Shown here piece after piece: positions 12,380-27,843 of a DNA stretch of 64,000 bases. Origin of the DNA: Eledone cirrhosa (taxonomy: Eukaryota); NCBI GenBank assembly GCA_964016885.1, contig OZ024740.1:40300001-40364000 (forward strand). The letters are read 5' to 3'. A model generated the notes under the pieces. It saw only the letters and a list, made by a program, of their open reading frames with translations. It did no database searches and was not told where the DNA came from. The stretch's first letter is position 1. Every line of letters starts with the position of its first letter. Both the position numbers and the translations under genes were made by a program.

Positions 12380-13830
12380 TCGACATTTAACAGCTGCTTT
12401 AACGGTGTCAAACCCAATGACTGGTGCAGCAGTACAATCGTAAATTGCTACAAAGGCAAAGGTGATGCCCTAAAAAGGAGCAACTATAGAGGAATAAAAC
12501 TAATGGACTAAGTTATGAAAGTGATGAAAGAATTATTGTGCAACTAATTAGAGAAAGAGTCAAATTAGATGAGATGCTGTTTGGTTTCATGCCTGGGAAA
12601 AGTACTACAGATAGCCTCTTTTTAGTTAGGCAACTACAAGATAAATTCTTAGCCAAAAATAAGCCACTATACCTAGCTTTCATTGATCTAAAAAAGGCGT
12701 TGATAGAATACCTTGATCTATTATCTGGTGGTCCCTAAGGAAATTAGGTATAGAAGAATGGTTGGTGAGAGCCATGCAAGCCATGTACAGAGGAGCTGTC
12801 AGTAAAGTGAGTGTAGGAAATGCGTTTAGTGAAGAGTTCAAGGTACAAGTAGGAGTTCATCAAGGTTCGGTTCTCAGCCCACTACAATTCATTATACTTC
12901 TCCAGGCTATAACAGAGGAGTTTAAGACCGGCTGTTCATGGGAACTTCTCTATGCAGATGATCTGGTCCTTATAGCCGAATCCATTAAAGAACTAAAAAA
13001 TAAGTTCCGACTATAGAAACAGAATTTAGAATCAAAAGGTCTGAGAATAAACTTAGCCAAAACTGAAGTACTAGTGAGCAAAAGAGAAGATAGGACCCTG
13101 ATTCCTTCAGGGAAGTGGTCATGCTCAATTTGTAGAAATGTACACAATGTAAATCTTGGGTACACAAAAAATGTAGTGGGATAACGGGTAGACTAACAGG
13201 AAGGGAAGAGAGCTAGTGACATAACCCTTTCCAGTCACAAGAAGAACCCATAGATGTAATCAGTAATGGAGGGTTCTCAGAGTATAATAGCTAGAATAAG
13301 GATAAGATGGAAAAAGTTCAGAGAGCTACTCCCACTGTTGACCACAAAAGGTTTCTCCCTACATACAAATGGACAACTGTATGATGTTTGTGTGTGAAGT
13401 GTGATGCTGCATGGTAGTAAAACATGGGCTGTGACTGCAAAGGACATGTTTAGACTGGAGAGAAATGAAGCAACCATGCTCCATTGGATGTGCAATGTAA
13501 GTGAGAAAAAGGCAGAGTTTGGGTGAGTTGAGGGAGAAGCTGGGTTTAAGAGGAATCCAAGGTAGTGTGTAAAACAGAAGACTGTGTTGGAATGGACATG
13601 CCATAGGCATGATTAATGATCATGAAGAAGTGCCAGGAAATGCCAGTGGAAGGAAGCCACAGTTGAGGTAGACCAAGAAAGACCTGGGCAGCGGTTGCAA
13701 GAGCTGACCTCAAATCACTGAGATTTACAGAGGAGATGACAAAGGATCGCGACGAGTGGAGAGATGCCATGCCTCCATCCAACTCATGCAAGCATGGAAA
13801 TATGGATGTAAAAACAATGATGATGATCAT
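12380..13830 (+). pseudogene. Degenerate 5'-truncated RTE LINE copy, same family as 6066-9319
   Basis: IVNCYKGKGDAL..SNYRGIKL, GVHQGSVLSP, LLYADDL, KWSCSICR...WVHKKCSG; many stops and frameshifts; (GAT)n tail. Confidence 0.9.
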
Positions 13831-14153
13831 CATCGTTTTTACATCCATTTTTCCATGCTTGTATTTCCTGATGGTATATATATATATATATACATATATA
13901 TACATGCACGAGAAAAATGATAGCTTGCAAATTATTTGAAAAAAGAAATTACTATTGTATAGAAAATAATGTAAAAAAATCGTTTTGCTTCTATAACAAC
14001 CGACCATCAAAGAAAATCTACAATATTGGAGAAAGTTAGAAAATATGAGAGTTTGATTACATAATGAAAGTAGTAATGTTGACTTACAGACAATGTGTAT
14101 TAAATAATGAAAATAATAATAGTGACACTGTTAAAGTAGTAATGGTGACTCAC

Positions 14154-14225
14154 AGTTAAAGTGTATTGTACTTGCTGGAGGACATGGTGAAGTTCTTCAT
14201 TCAACAACCAACTTAATTCTTTCTG
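14154..14225 (-). CDS. ROGDI: ROGDI exon 2 (QKELSWLLNEELHHVLQQVQYTLT)
   Basis: ttttttcAG / GTGAGT splice sites, 72 nt phase 0-0; peptide matches the ROGDI N-terminal [24 protein letters not shown] helix as I recall it. Confidence 0.85.
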
Positions 14226-16059
14226 CTGAAAAAACAAAGTTTATTCAATGATTATATATTAGTGTATGTGTATATATAAAATAAGGTATATATCATAATG
14301 TTGTGGTACTGAAATCACTTTTGCTTCACTTTTATAAAATAAAATATAATTAAAAACATTGTTACAGCTGCTGTCTATTTGTCTGTACCGTAATATGCGT
14401 GAGGGTGTATGTGTGTATATATTTATATACATACATATGACAGCTTGCATATTATTGGAAGAAAATCAATTAAATGTGTATACAAAATATTCAATTTTTT
14501 TGCAGGAAAGTTTTGACTTCAGTTTTCTAAACAATTAAGTTGTAACTAAATATTGAATAGCAAGAGTTGGACTACATGTGAAGACTCATCCAACCTTTGC
14601 TAGCAAGAGATGGGTTGGACAGTATGGGAAGACCCATTCAAACCTTGCTCGCACGGAAAGGGTCACATGGTCTGTGAAGACTTACCCAACCTTTGCTAGG
14701 AGGGGATGGGTTGGACAGTCTGTGAAGACCTGTTCAACCCTTGCTCGCAAGGAAGGGTCGGATGGTTTGTGAAGACCCATCCAACCTTTGCTAGGAGGGA
14801 AAGCGGACATTAAATGATGATGATGAATAGTAAATAAAAGTGGAGTTATAAGAAAGGTTGGCACCAGGAAATACATCTGGCTTTAAAATATTGCTTCAAA
14901 AAGGACCTCATCAATGAATATAAAGCCCGTCATGGGGCCCTGAAGGCTAACCCCTGCTTTAGCTGGGAAAATAGCCGTATTGTAATAATGAAAAGAAAAA
15001 AGAAAAAAATAGTATTGTATTTTTATATTAAATCAATTGAAGTTATTTTCAGACTTTATTATGAAAATATAATTACTATATTGTCTGAAATATTTTTATA
15101 ATTGATATAAAAAGCTGTTATATTTTAAACAATATTGTCTGAAATATTTGAATAATTGATATGGAAAGCTGTAATATTTTAATTATTTCTGTTACTATAT
15201 AATGTTTACAATTAAATATAACAAAGCAGTATACAAGATTGCTTTCAAATTAGCAGAATAGTTAGAATGTCAGATACAATGCTTTGTTATTTCATTCCAA
15301 CTCACTGAATTCAATTCTTGCTAAGATCTTTGCCTTTCATCCTTTAGAGGCTGATAAATAAAAAGAACCAGTCCAGTATTGGAGTCAATTCTTCCTCTAT
15401 ATCTCTTATTTCTCCTCTATCACTCCTTCTCTGGAAGAAATCAGATGAGTTCTAACATCGAGAGGTATAGACTTTGCCAAGTTAGAAATATCCAAGACAT
15501 ACCTAGAGAGGTATAGCCACTGCCAAGTTAGAAATACCCAAGACATGTCATGTATCACTATGGCATCCCACCAATTCCACCAGGAATCAGAAGTTCATAC
15601 ATACTTTTAGGATTATAACGAAAATTCTTCCAGAAGTCTGGATCCACTAACCAAATTTTTTACAAGGTGTCAGCAATCATGGCTCTCAGTGTTTTTTAAT
15701 TTTATTTGTTTTCTCGCATGGGAAGTTTTTGATGTTGTTGTTAATATGGAACCGGCCAATCAAAACTGTTTGTTGTCTTTTCCACCACACATCCACCGCT
15801 CCAGACTTTTCCACCACACATAAATTGCTCCAAACTTTTCCACAACACATCAATTGCTCCTGACTTTACTACAACACATCAATCGTTCCAGTCTTTTCCA
15901 CCACACATCTATCGCTCCAGTCTTTTCCACCACCAATTAATCGTTCCAGACTAAACTGTCAAAAGAACTGATAAAAAGCCAAACATAAAGGGACAAGCTT
16001 AGAGTAGGAGTTAAGTGTGGATGTGAGGTGGCAGCTGACTCAGAACACACGACTCCTTT

Positions 16060-16430
16060 GTCACCTCACCTCCTAGTGAAGCTGGACATGCATACCACCT
16101 TCAAGAAGATCATGTTTTAGAAATGTGTCTAAGACGTGCTCCTTCATTGCACCTTCTCACATACCTCTCTTATGGGACACCCAGCACACTCATGGGTGCT
16201 GACAAACAGATTACCTCTGCCACAGGTGTCCAGCAAGGGGACCCACTCGGCCTGCTAGCTGTGGAGGATATCTCCCACTCAGTCCACTTGCCCTTCAATG
16301 TCTGGTACTTGGATGACACGATTCTGGAAGGCTCAGTTGAGTCTGTTGCTGAAGACCTCCAGTGGGTCATCCAAGTTTGAGGCCCTGTGAGGTGGAGTGG
16401 CTGTTGCAGCAAGTGTCTCTGGCCATTCAC
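16060..16430 (+). pseudogene. CRE-type (restriction-like endonuclease) non-LTR retrotransposon RT fragment
   Basis: LVKLD, SATGVQQGDPLG, WYLDD motifs, fused to a C-terminal EWLLQQVSLAI remnant. Confidence 0.7.
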
Positions 16431-19400
16431 TACAGTAACACTTTTGCCATTTTGTCCGTGGTGCAGGGCTGGGGATGTAGTGACTGTCCCGCTCCCTTTT
16501 TTCGTGCTTGATCCTTCTTTCCTTTTCATCCCCCCCCCCCCCCCTCATCCCTTCTATTCTCTTTAATAGTGTTTTGATTTTCTTAGATACTGCTCAATAT
16601 GTACTTGTACTTTGCATTGATTAATTCCGTAATTATATTAAATCCCTAATTTGAAAGCGACGTCATTCTGCTTGTTTCCAGTAAGGATATGAACTCGTAA
16701 TGCCCTGTACCACATTAGCAAAACATTCTTGAAAAATACAAAATGCTACTTTGACTGCATCACATTAAAAATTTGGTTTACTGCAAATTGTCACAATCTG
16801 TTCACTATTAAAAATACTATAAACATTTGAATTTACAAACCGGTTTTAAGCTATTTTTTGATAAATCATTATAATATTATTAATATTCGGACAGCCTCAT
16901 TAGAGAATGTTAAAAGTTAAGTACGAAGCAAGTATATCAAGAATTTCTCGACTAGATTTATCAAATGTTATTCTATAACTGCTAACTTGCTAACACACAC
17001 AACACCAACATTAAAATATATATGGGAGAGGGTGAGTGTGATAAGAGAAGTGAGTGTATCTACCTATGTATATCTGTGTTTACGTTTATACAGTGTTTTT
17101 GTTTATATATCATAACTTAGCGGTTCGACTAAAAAACAAGAGATGGATAAAATAAATAGCATGCTAATTAATTAGTAATGGGGTCGATATGATCTACCAA
17201 ATCAGGGCGATATTCCAGCGTGGACGCAGTCCAATGACTGGAACCAATAGATGAATAAAAGAAAAACATACATATATACATTACAAATATAGTTTTGTTC
17301 GAAAACCAAACACAACAATCTGCACCATATGAACATTTTCGTGAACTTACACACCAAGCCTGTGTATTTCTTCTCCCTAGTATATTATAGCTATTTCTAG
17401 TACACCTTTATCGAGTGTTTAATTAACACTGTTTACTTTGAAATCATTATTACCAACTATCTTCAACATATATTTCTTTTAAATTAATGCAAGATATTTA
17501 AGGGAAAATATTGTTTAACCATCAACTTCAGAGAGATTAACAACATCCCACTATAGCAAACAAAACTACTAATCATTAATTTCTAATCCAACCCAACAGA
17601 TCTACAATTTTAAAAAAAAATGATAATTAAAAAAAAAATGATATTACAGGAAAAATACAGATATTTCCATAAAATATGAAATAAAGATTCATTAGAAATA
17701 TCTTTAAATAATATATTAAGGTTATATTCAACTATATTTTTACATATAGCATAATTTTCCAAAATGTATGCTCACCTTTATCGTGGGAATTTACATTTCT
17801 ACTTAAATATTAATGTGTTTGCTTGGAAAAAATAACTATAACATTATGTAGGCGAAATAGGCAGGTATGAAATATGATATAAATACCTTTTAAACTACAA
17901 TAGTGGATACAAGGTAAATGTATGCAACATTATTACCAAAATAATGATTTAATGAGAATTAGGTGAAAGGCAGGTGAACGGTTATCGAACAGTGATTGCT
18001 AGCAGTTATTGGAAATGATAATTAGAATAACATCAAATAGAATGATAAGATATTATTATTCAAAGATTCGTTTCTTTCATAAAAATGATGATAAATTAAA
18101 ATCGTATGTGACCAGCTTACAATGTTTCCTTCCCCGATTGTTTTGACACTGAAGTAAACGAAATATTTGATTCATAAATATTCCTCATTGTAGACTAGAA
18201 ATGTGGTAAATAATAAAATATTCTATTTTTAGACATTCTCAGAACATCGTTTCCATATTTACAAAATCTATTAAGCTATTTTTATTTTAGAGTATTCATG
18301 TTTTGAGTAGACACAAGACCAGCATTATAAGATACATAATTATAACTAACTGATTCGACTTCATATTTTCAGAATACCGTTTAGTCGGGGTGAAAGACAG
18401 AGTTGACCGCGATGTCATTTAAACACGGAAATATGAATGTGATGATACTATCAGCACCATTACCACTATCAATAGAATAAAAGGCAAATCAACCATGCTA
18501 AAAATAACTTTCTTCAAATCTCACCATTCTGTCTTTAAACAGACAGAATGGTCTTAGCTGGAATGACTTTGGTTACAGGTTAGCTCAGACAGGGCTGACC
18601 TGGGGCTAAACAACACTAAGTGAATAAATAAATAAAGAGGACCTGGTAGAAATAGCAGTCAAATATCCTTTACTATTTAAAAAAAACGAATTACATTATA
18701 TGATGTCGTCCCAGACATCATCATCATGATCACCATTCGCTTGTATTTTTTTTTATCAGACGGACACAATCCTCCACAGCTTTTATAATCAGGACTGATC
18801 TAGAACCATGGCCATCAGTGACATATGAATCCCAATGTGGAATTTGAAATGAAAAGAATTGGTGCAACAGGACATCTTTATTAAATGTTTTAAACCTTCA
18901 GACAGGTCTGTCCAGTCAGAACTAATCTGGTACTAAACATAAACAAGTGAATAAATAATTGTGATACTTAGGCTGTTAAATATTTTAAAATGTTCTACAA
19001 TTTAATTCCATAGTCCCAGACCACATATTTACGTTAAAAAGTTCCAATAACGAAAGTGAGAATCTGAAAAGTGGTTGCAATTACAATCTGGTAACAAACA
19101 TTTAAGAAGAATTTTAAAATGTATCGTAGCTGAGTTGAAATAGATTCGTTTATTCGTATTATATCTATTTCTAAAATCATTTGATTTTTATGACATTATG
19201 TTCGTTAATTAAATTCTTTGGTGGGAGTTGTTATGAACCTGTTGTACACTTCTAAATATAGCTACATTGCAGAAATCTTTCATCTGTCAAATGAATTAAA
19301 TTTAAAGAAATGACATTTTGAATATTGAAAAATAACAGAGAAGATAGTTAATTATCCCGTTAGAATCTTGACTGAAATATCAATGTTAATCAGTGGCTAA

Positions 19401-19458
19401 AAACAGCAGTTATATATGAAATAACTGAATGATAAACAGAAGAGAAATAAACAGTTAC

Positions 19459-19497
19459 CAAAGCACAAATCTCTTGTTGAATATCAGCAGCCGCCAT
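19459..19497 (-). CDS. ROGDI: ROGDI exon 1 coding part (MAAADIQQEICAL)
   Basis: ACAATGG Kozak context, 39 nt, GTAACT donor, phase 0 into exon 2. Confidence 0.7.
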
Positions 19498-19540
19498 TGT
19501 ATAGTAGGGCAAAGGTTGATGATGACATCATTTCCGGTTG
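19490..19540 (-). promoter_or_regulatory. Candidate housekeeping promoter motifs of ROGDI
   Basis: CCGGAAAT (ETS-like), TGATGTCA (CRE/ATF-like) and ACAATGGCGGC (YY1-like) overlapping the start codon; motif matches only. Confidence 0.35.
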
Positions 19541-20938
19541 AGAAGTCTCTCTCTTTCCTTTGTGTAGCTTTTAAAAATACAAATATATATATACATCTAT
19601 ATGTTCTCATTTAAAAGTCTTTAATGTAAATAGTTGTAAACACTCATATAATTACAACCAGACATTTCATTCCTGATTTCAGCAGAATACTTCAAGTTTT
19701 AGATGGGAAGGTTATATAGTCAATTATATTCACTGGGATTTCACAGTTCTGCAACAATGAAGGTTTAGTCCTATTTGCGATTTCTATTAATATTGAACGG
19801 AAATTTCGTAAGTGAAAATTGAAATGTAAATAAAAACGACAGAATGAAAATAGTTCCTGCAAATATAAATGTGGTGCTGATGGGTGGGGGTTGAAAACAC
19901 ACGTTCGTTGTCTCCCAAAACACTTTACAGTTTCTTCCATTTTTCACCCCACTCTACCTTTCTATTCTTTTATTTCTCATTCTAATTTTTGATGAAGGAC
20001 TAACGTCCGAAATAATAAAGGCCTTTCCTAGTATATCAAGCGTTAAACTAATATATATTTTCATTGTACTATCGTTTACTGTGTTGTTTTATGTTTACTT
20101 TTCATACATCACACACATGGGAGAGAGAAAGTTGTCGTGCTGGTAAGTAAGCAGTTAGTTCATCAAAGAACAATGCAGTCATAAATAAAGATGCACACTT
20201 AAAAAAAAAGAAACGAAACCTGCCTACATGATGTTGTGTTGTCGCATATGCATCTTTCCGGTAGCTTGTTCTATGCCGCCGTGCAACCTGGACTCAATAT
20301 TATGCAAAACCGCTCTTATACTGTTATGCAGGAAATTGTGTAGTGAAATCTCTCCTTACATACTGACCCCCATCCCCAATAGCACCTGGGTGTTATTTTT
20401 CCTTATCTCAAGTTGGCTCCACTAGTCTGAAGAAACTGGCCAACTTGGGGTTAAAGGTGATAAGATGTTCTTAAAGTCATTCCACTCTGGTTTCTCAGAA
20501 GAGAAGGACATCACTTCGAATTGCTCAAGAGATGTAGAGAGATGTAACGTTTAGAAAAACAAAAACAGAAACAATAAAAAAAGAAAACACTCAAGCCTTA
20601 TCGACAGGGTTGGCACTTGGATAAAGGTTAGTTCAATGCATCTTGTCAGACTACTACTGCGTTCACATAAATCACCACACAAACATAATACACAATTCAC
20701 TTGGTTCTTAGTTGTTTTCCTAACAATAACTTCGATGTAAGCTATTTTCTTAATAAAAATTCTCTAAGTAGCGATTATGTTTTATTTGTTTATTCAACGG
20801 CATCTCACACAGCGCTTTATTGTGTGACAAATTTTACCTTCTTCATAATCACCCATCAAGCCAACAACACAAACTACTACAATCTCTGTCACGCTCAAAT
20901 GAACAACAACAAACTCAAACCAATTCTTCCCATTGCTA

Positions 20939-21607
20939 TGTAGCGAAATCTGTCCGCGCCTTGAACCTTGGGTGACACCTAAAGGTCAAATTCTAGGTCA
21001 ACACCCTTTTGGTGTAAACAGGTTGATGTGTTGATTATCCCCTCAAGTTGGGAGACAGGAAGCGACAGCTATATATAGAGCCTGTACCATCCTACATTAG
21101 GAGATACATCGGAGCATTACACCTACAACAAACTATGTAAGGATTCACTGCTATCAATAGACCCCATGAGGTCTACAGATACACACAGAGAGATTGGATC
21201 TCTACTACTACAGACCATGTACAAGCCACAGTAGTCTACAACGAATTACAGACCATTCAGAGGTATACAAATCATTACTCTCTCTTACTCACTACGGTCT
21301 CAGAATTACTACCACGGACTCCGAATAACAACAACAACATTATCTGTTTGCTCGCTGTTTTCACATCAAAAACATTGTCAACCTTAACAACTCTTGGTAA
21401 CTGTTTTTATATGTACTTTTTAATTGAAGTAAACCATATATAACCAAATCACCTATTCTTAGTATTCCTGTTATTTCATCTAATAATCATGTTACCACAT
21501 TTAACAATTATGTTAAATCCTTCTAACTAACTTCTTAATTATACCCTTCGTTAAAGCTACACCTACTCAACATTCTGTCCCTAAAAACAAAAATCAACTT
21601 CGCTACA
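20939..21607 (+). mobile_element. Solo-LTR-like repeat
   Basis: Ends TGTAGCGAA...TTCGCTACA (TG...CA inverted termini), internal TATA-like CTATATATAG; homologous copies at 36572-37466(+) and about 37915-38564(-). No clear TSD. Confidence 0.6.
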
Positions 21608-21699
21608 ATTGGATCAGGATGTAACTGAAGAGGAAATTGAATACGTTTAGTCATTTGTCACACATAATTTCATTCTTTTTATGTGTGCAACTTTGTTAT

Positions 21700-21965
21700 T
21701 TGTTAACCCAGGTACTGCTGCACGTCGAGCGGAGGAGGCCAAACTCTCCAAGTACCGGTCGCTCTCCGACAGGTTCGCGGTCGTGCCCTTGGCAGTGGAG
21801 ACTTCTGGTGTCCTTGGCCCTAGGACTACCTCCTTATTCACCACCATAGGCGCTGAGCTGGCCAGCCGCAGGTGTGAGCCTCGCGAGTTGGAATAGCTCT
21901 TCCAACGCATCTCCCTTACCATCCTCCGGGGAAACGCCTTCTCCATCCTGTCCGCCGGGGCTGTG
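21700..21965 (+). pseudogene. CRE-type LINE 3' fragment
   Basis: PGTAARRAEEAKLSKYR...FAVVPLAVETSGVLG...LFQRISLTILRGNA, typical C-terminus following the restriction-like endonuclease core. Confidence 0.75.
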
Positions 21966-22249
21966 GGGAGGCCAGCACGTGGGACCGCATTTGCTCTCCA
22001 TGCGGATTAATAGGCAAAGTTATAAACTATTGTAAATAAACCTATTTAATACTTATTAAAACATATAACGCTACGAGTTCCTCTGATCATACACACACAC
22101 TGACCAGCTTTACAGTTCATCACTTCTGTGACATTGACATTTACTGTTTTCCATCTACCCACTCCCACCCATCATAACTCAATAACAAGTATATAAAATG
22201 AACACAGGGCATATGTCAAAAATTTGGATGTGACCACCCATGTAAACTC

Positions 22250-22337
22250 TCATATCTGAAGAAGTGTTGATTAAGAGTCGGGACCTGATCGCATGAGCAA
22301 ACCCGAGCTGATCGATATAGAAACAATTGTAATATGA
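22250..22337 (+). ncRNA. Type I hammerhead ribozyme motif (PLE-type)
   Basis: TCATAT-CTGAAGA-long stem II-GAAA-CAATTG-TA-ATATGA, followed by AATAAA and (CT)n(TA)n. Confidence 0.85.
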
Positions 22338-22369
22338 AATAAAGTTTCACAAAAAGCTGCAATTCTTAT

Positions 22370-22816
<447 letters not shown>

Positions 22817-22892
22817 CCACACTCTACTCTGCTGAATATCGAGTGCTAATTTTGGCATACCGCCTATGGAAGCACCATAGCTACCATTATAC

Positions 22893-22966
<74 letters not shown>

Positions 22967-23293
22967 GAGGTGAGTTTTATTGTAGCACAATAAAGCAATA
23001 TCTTACAATATCAATAAAGCAATATCTTACAACGTTTTTTTTAAATTTCACTCTGTGAGACACTGTTTGTCAGTATTAAAGGCTATCTCTCTCACTCTCA
23101 CTCATTTCTCATCCTTCCTTCTTATACTCCTCCCCCATCATCCTTTATTTTCTTTCTTCCTCTTGCTTACCTTTCCTTCCCCCTCCCTTCTTTTTTTTCC
23201 AATCTCATATATCCATCTTATTTTATTTTTCAAATGTAGATTTAACACTTCACTGCTCGCAAGTGTTTGTTTAAACTTCATATCATGTCTCCC

Positions 23294-23364
23294 TATTTTA
23301 TCTGATGAGAACGCAAGTATCATCCCATGATGATATTTGTTTTTGAAATGCGCATAATAAAATA
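23294..23364 (+). ncRNA. Type I hammerhead ribozyme motif (PLE-type)
   Basis: TATTTTAT-CTGATGA-stem II (GCAAGTATCATC ccat GATGATATTTGT)-GAAA-TGCGCA-TA-ATAAAATA; 8-bp stem I. Confidence 0.88.
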
Positions 23365-23399
23365 CATGGAACTCTTTTAACTATCTTTTGATCTTATAT

Positions 23400-23448
<49 letters not shown>

Positions 23449-23456
<8 letters not shown>

Positions 23457-24202
23457 TGTATATATAGTGTATTTTGCAATACACTGTATGCTTAATTAAA
23501 AGCATTTCGAAGACCTTACGCTATTGTTTTAGAGTAGTGACAGTCTCACTTACTTTTAATTTTCAGCAAACAGGGGAGATAAAGCTGACAGAGCTGTGTT
23601 TCGTACTGATTGGTACTTATCAAAGCCAAGTACTCCACCTGTTTGCTGAAAATCATGAATATTTGATTCTTATAGAATTTCTAGTAATAATCAGGAACTT
23701 ATTATACAGAGCGGTACTCCCCTGTTTGCTGAAAATTAGAAGTAAGTGAGACTGTCACTACTCTAAAACAATAGCGTAAGGTCTTCGAAATGCTTTTAAT
23801 TAAGCATACAGTGTATTGCAAAATACACTATATATACATTCATATATATATATCGCTATTTCAGAGCGCCAATTCTAATTTTCAATTTCTGCTTGACCGG
23901 CAACCGCTCTGTATAATCAGTTCCTGATTATTACTAGAAATTCTATAAGAATCAAACATTCATGATTTTTAGCAAACAGGTGGAGCACTTGGCTTTGATA
24001 AGTACCAATCAGTACGAAACACAGCTCTGTCAGCTTTATCTCCCCTGTTTGCTGAAAATTAAAAGTAAGTGAGACTGTCACTACTCTAAAACAATAGCGT
24101 AAGGTCTTCGAAATGCTTTTAATTAAGCATACAGTGTACTGCAAAATACACTATATATACATTCATATATATATCGCTATTTCAGAGCGCCAATTCTAAT
24201 TT
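23449..24202. mobile_element. Inverted + partial-tandem element in (TA)n (PLE-like architecture)
   Basis: Arm 23449-23714 is inverted relative to 23717-23852 and 23903-24172; both plus copies are followed by the same tail TCGCTATTTCAGAGCGCCAATTCTAATTTT. Confidence 0.75.
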
Positions 24203-24226
24203 ATATATATATATATATATATATAT

Positions 24227-25264
<1,038 letters not shown>

Positions 25265-25399
25265 TTCGAGTGTGTTGATTAATTACAGATGCAGGGTAGA
25301 GCACTCAACGAAGTGCGCAGGTGAACCTGTTTACTCTGGAATATATTTAAAAACAAGTGTAAGTCAACAGGTTAAAATTAACTTCGTTTATTCATATTC

Positions 25400-25458
25400 G
25401 CTGTTATATGTATTTCGGTGATAACCATTATGCAATAGCTATGACCTCATCAGACAGC
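25400..25458 (-). ncRNA. Type I hammerhead ribozyme motif (PLE-type)
   Basis: Minus strand GCTGT-CTGATGA-GGTCATAGCTATT...ATGGTTATCACC-GAAA-TACATA-TA-ACAGC, then AATAAA. Confidence 0.85.
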
Positions 25459-25779
25459 TAGAATTTCAACAGAAAAAATAGAAAAACATAACGATGGAAT
25501 AAAGCTTACTTACGTTATTTCGATTTTTTTATATGCTCAGTGCTGAACTTTGGTGTTGCTTTGAGAAAACAACAACAAACTTCAGCATCTAAGTGTTACT
25601 CTCCCTTCCCGTCTCTGTTATTCGCACTGAAGAAATCTCCGAGATTGGAGAAATTCGAGGGTCCCCCTCCACTCAACATTCCGTTTTCGGAAACGAAGGC
25701 GATTGCAAGCATCTCGGAGGTCGGATTAGTTGAAAACACACCAAAAAACCTAGGTAAAAAACATTTCTTCACGATCTCC

Positions 25780-25839
<60 letters not shown>

Positions 25840-26321
25840 AGAGTGAGAGAGAGAGAAATCAGGCCAACCGACAAACGAAAAAATGTAGAAAGGTTTTAGT
25901 TTGAGAGGAGGTGGAGTGGAGGATTTTGTGAGAGGTGTAGTGTTTCCCTCTAGATCTAGATAGCACGAGGGACGACCAGTCATTTTCGAAACAATTATAT
26001 TTTGTTATTCTAACTGTATAAGGAAAATTAATAACATTATGAATAATAATTGTTTCTATTTTAGGCACAAGGCCAGCAATTACCCAGTACATTACTGGTA
26101 CTTTATTTTATCGACCCCGTAAGGATGAAAGCCAAAGTTAACCTCGGCGGGATTTGAACTCAGATCATAAAGGGACGTAACTCTATGCTTCAAAGCATGG
26201 TGTCCGACTCTCTACCGATACTGCCAATCCAACATTATGAATAATAATACTGATGTAATGCTTTTTACTTCAACCTATAATGTTGCACACAACTCCATGT
26301 ACAATCTGTTTTTATATTTAA

Positions 26322-27763
26322 CTAGCAGTAAAGCCCGGCGTTGCTCGGGGTCGCTCAGTAGCTGTGTTAAAGTTACAATGTTAAGTTTCTTTTTTGGCTT
26401 AAAAACTGTAGTGTCTACTGTGCAGACTTGCATGTAGTGTTTTTGATTAATATTCCCTCAACCAACAATATGCCTTATGAAGTTAAGAAAACATAACGAT
26501 AACCCGAATGTTATAACAAAAGAGGATGCTGGGGATAAAAACTGCACTGGTTATTTATTAACAAAGATCGAAAATGTAAACACTGCAACGCAGAGAAAAA
26601 CAACGTAAGACGCTCAATGTAAACAGAACAAAGGGAAATAACTCGTCACTTACGCTCAAAAATCGATACATTAGATTCGATTTCGTCACATAGGGTGGGC
26701 CAATTTGAAATTTTTTTTTCCGATGTCTTCGCTAGGGCTCAATGTACAAGTATAGCAATTTCGGTGCAATTCCGTGAGAGATTCTAAGAGGAGATGTGTG
26801 CCAAAAATCGATAGACAGACAGACAACCACAGCTTTATATATATAGACTAGCAGTAAAGCCCGGCGTTGCTCGGGGTCGCTCAGTAGCTGTGTTAAAGTT
26901 ACAATGTTAAGTTTCTTTCTTGGCTTAAAAACTGTAGTGTCTACTGTGCAGACTTGCATGTGGTGCTTTTGATTAATATTCCCTCAACCAACAATATGCC
27001 TTATGAAGTTAAGAAAACATAACGATAACCCGAATGCTATAACAAAAGAGGATGCTGGGGGATAGAAACTGCACTGGTTATTTATTAATAAAGATCGAAA
27101 ATGTAAACACTGCAACGCAGAGAAAAACATTAGCGTAACCAAATTATCAGTTATGTCTGTCTGCACGCCTATATCACCTCTCTGCACGACTATCTGTCTG
27201 CACGCCTATATCACCTCTCTGCACGACTGTCTGTCTGCACGCCTATATCACCTCTCTGCACGACTGTCTGTCTGCACGCCTATATCACCTCTCTGCACGA
27301 CTGTCTGTCTGCACGACTGTCTGTCTGCACGCCTAACGACGAAATATTTGCTTGTTTTACGTAGTCTTTAAATAGACTTGTTTTCAAGTAAAAATATTGT
27401 TTTAAAATGCTTTTAAATGGAAATGAAGCAAAACGGAAGCTTAGTGTTCGAACTGATGAATTTTGCAGGTCAATATTTTGCTGGCTCGACAACTGTTAAA
27501 GCCAGCGTAATTTTTTACGTTAGACGCTCAATGTAAACAGAACAAAGGGAAATAACTGATAACTTACGCTCAAAAATCGATACATTATATTCGATTTCGT
27601 CACATAGGGTGGGTAAATTTGAAATATTTTTTTTTCCGATGTCTTCGCTAGGGCTCAATGTACAAGTATAGCAATTTCGGTGCAATTCCGTGAGAGATTC
27701 TAAGAGGAGATGTGTGCCAAAAATCGATAGACAGACAGACAACTACAGTTTTATATATATAGA
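26322..27763 (-). mobile_element. Two head-to-tail non-autonomous Helitrons (26322-26847, 26848-27763)
   Basis: Minus strand 5' TC(TATATATATAAA), 3' hairpin CCCGAGCAACGCCGGG then CTAG, inserted between A and T, no TSD; the longer copy has an internal minisatellite at 27155-27333. Confidence 0.85.
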
Positions 27764-27843
27764 TTGTATGCTTTACGCCCAGTCTTTGATATGGGATCTA
27801 TTCTAATTACTCTTTGAATTTGGTAAACTTTGTTCTTTCTCAC

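Noticed and set aside
23720-23815. Hammerhead in the 23449-24202 element
   Set aside because: GAAA-TGCTT...AAGCA-TA is suggestive, but the upstream core reads CTGAAAA and stems I/II cannot be paired convincingly.
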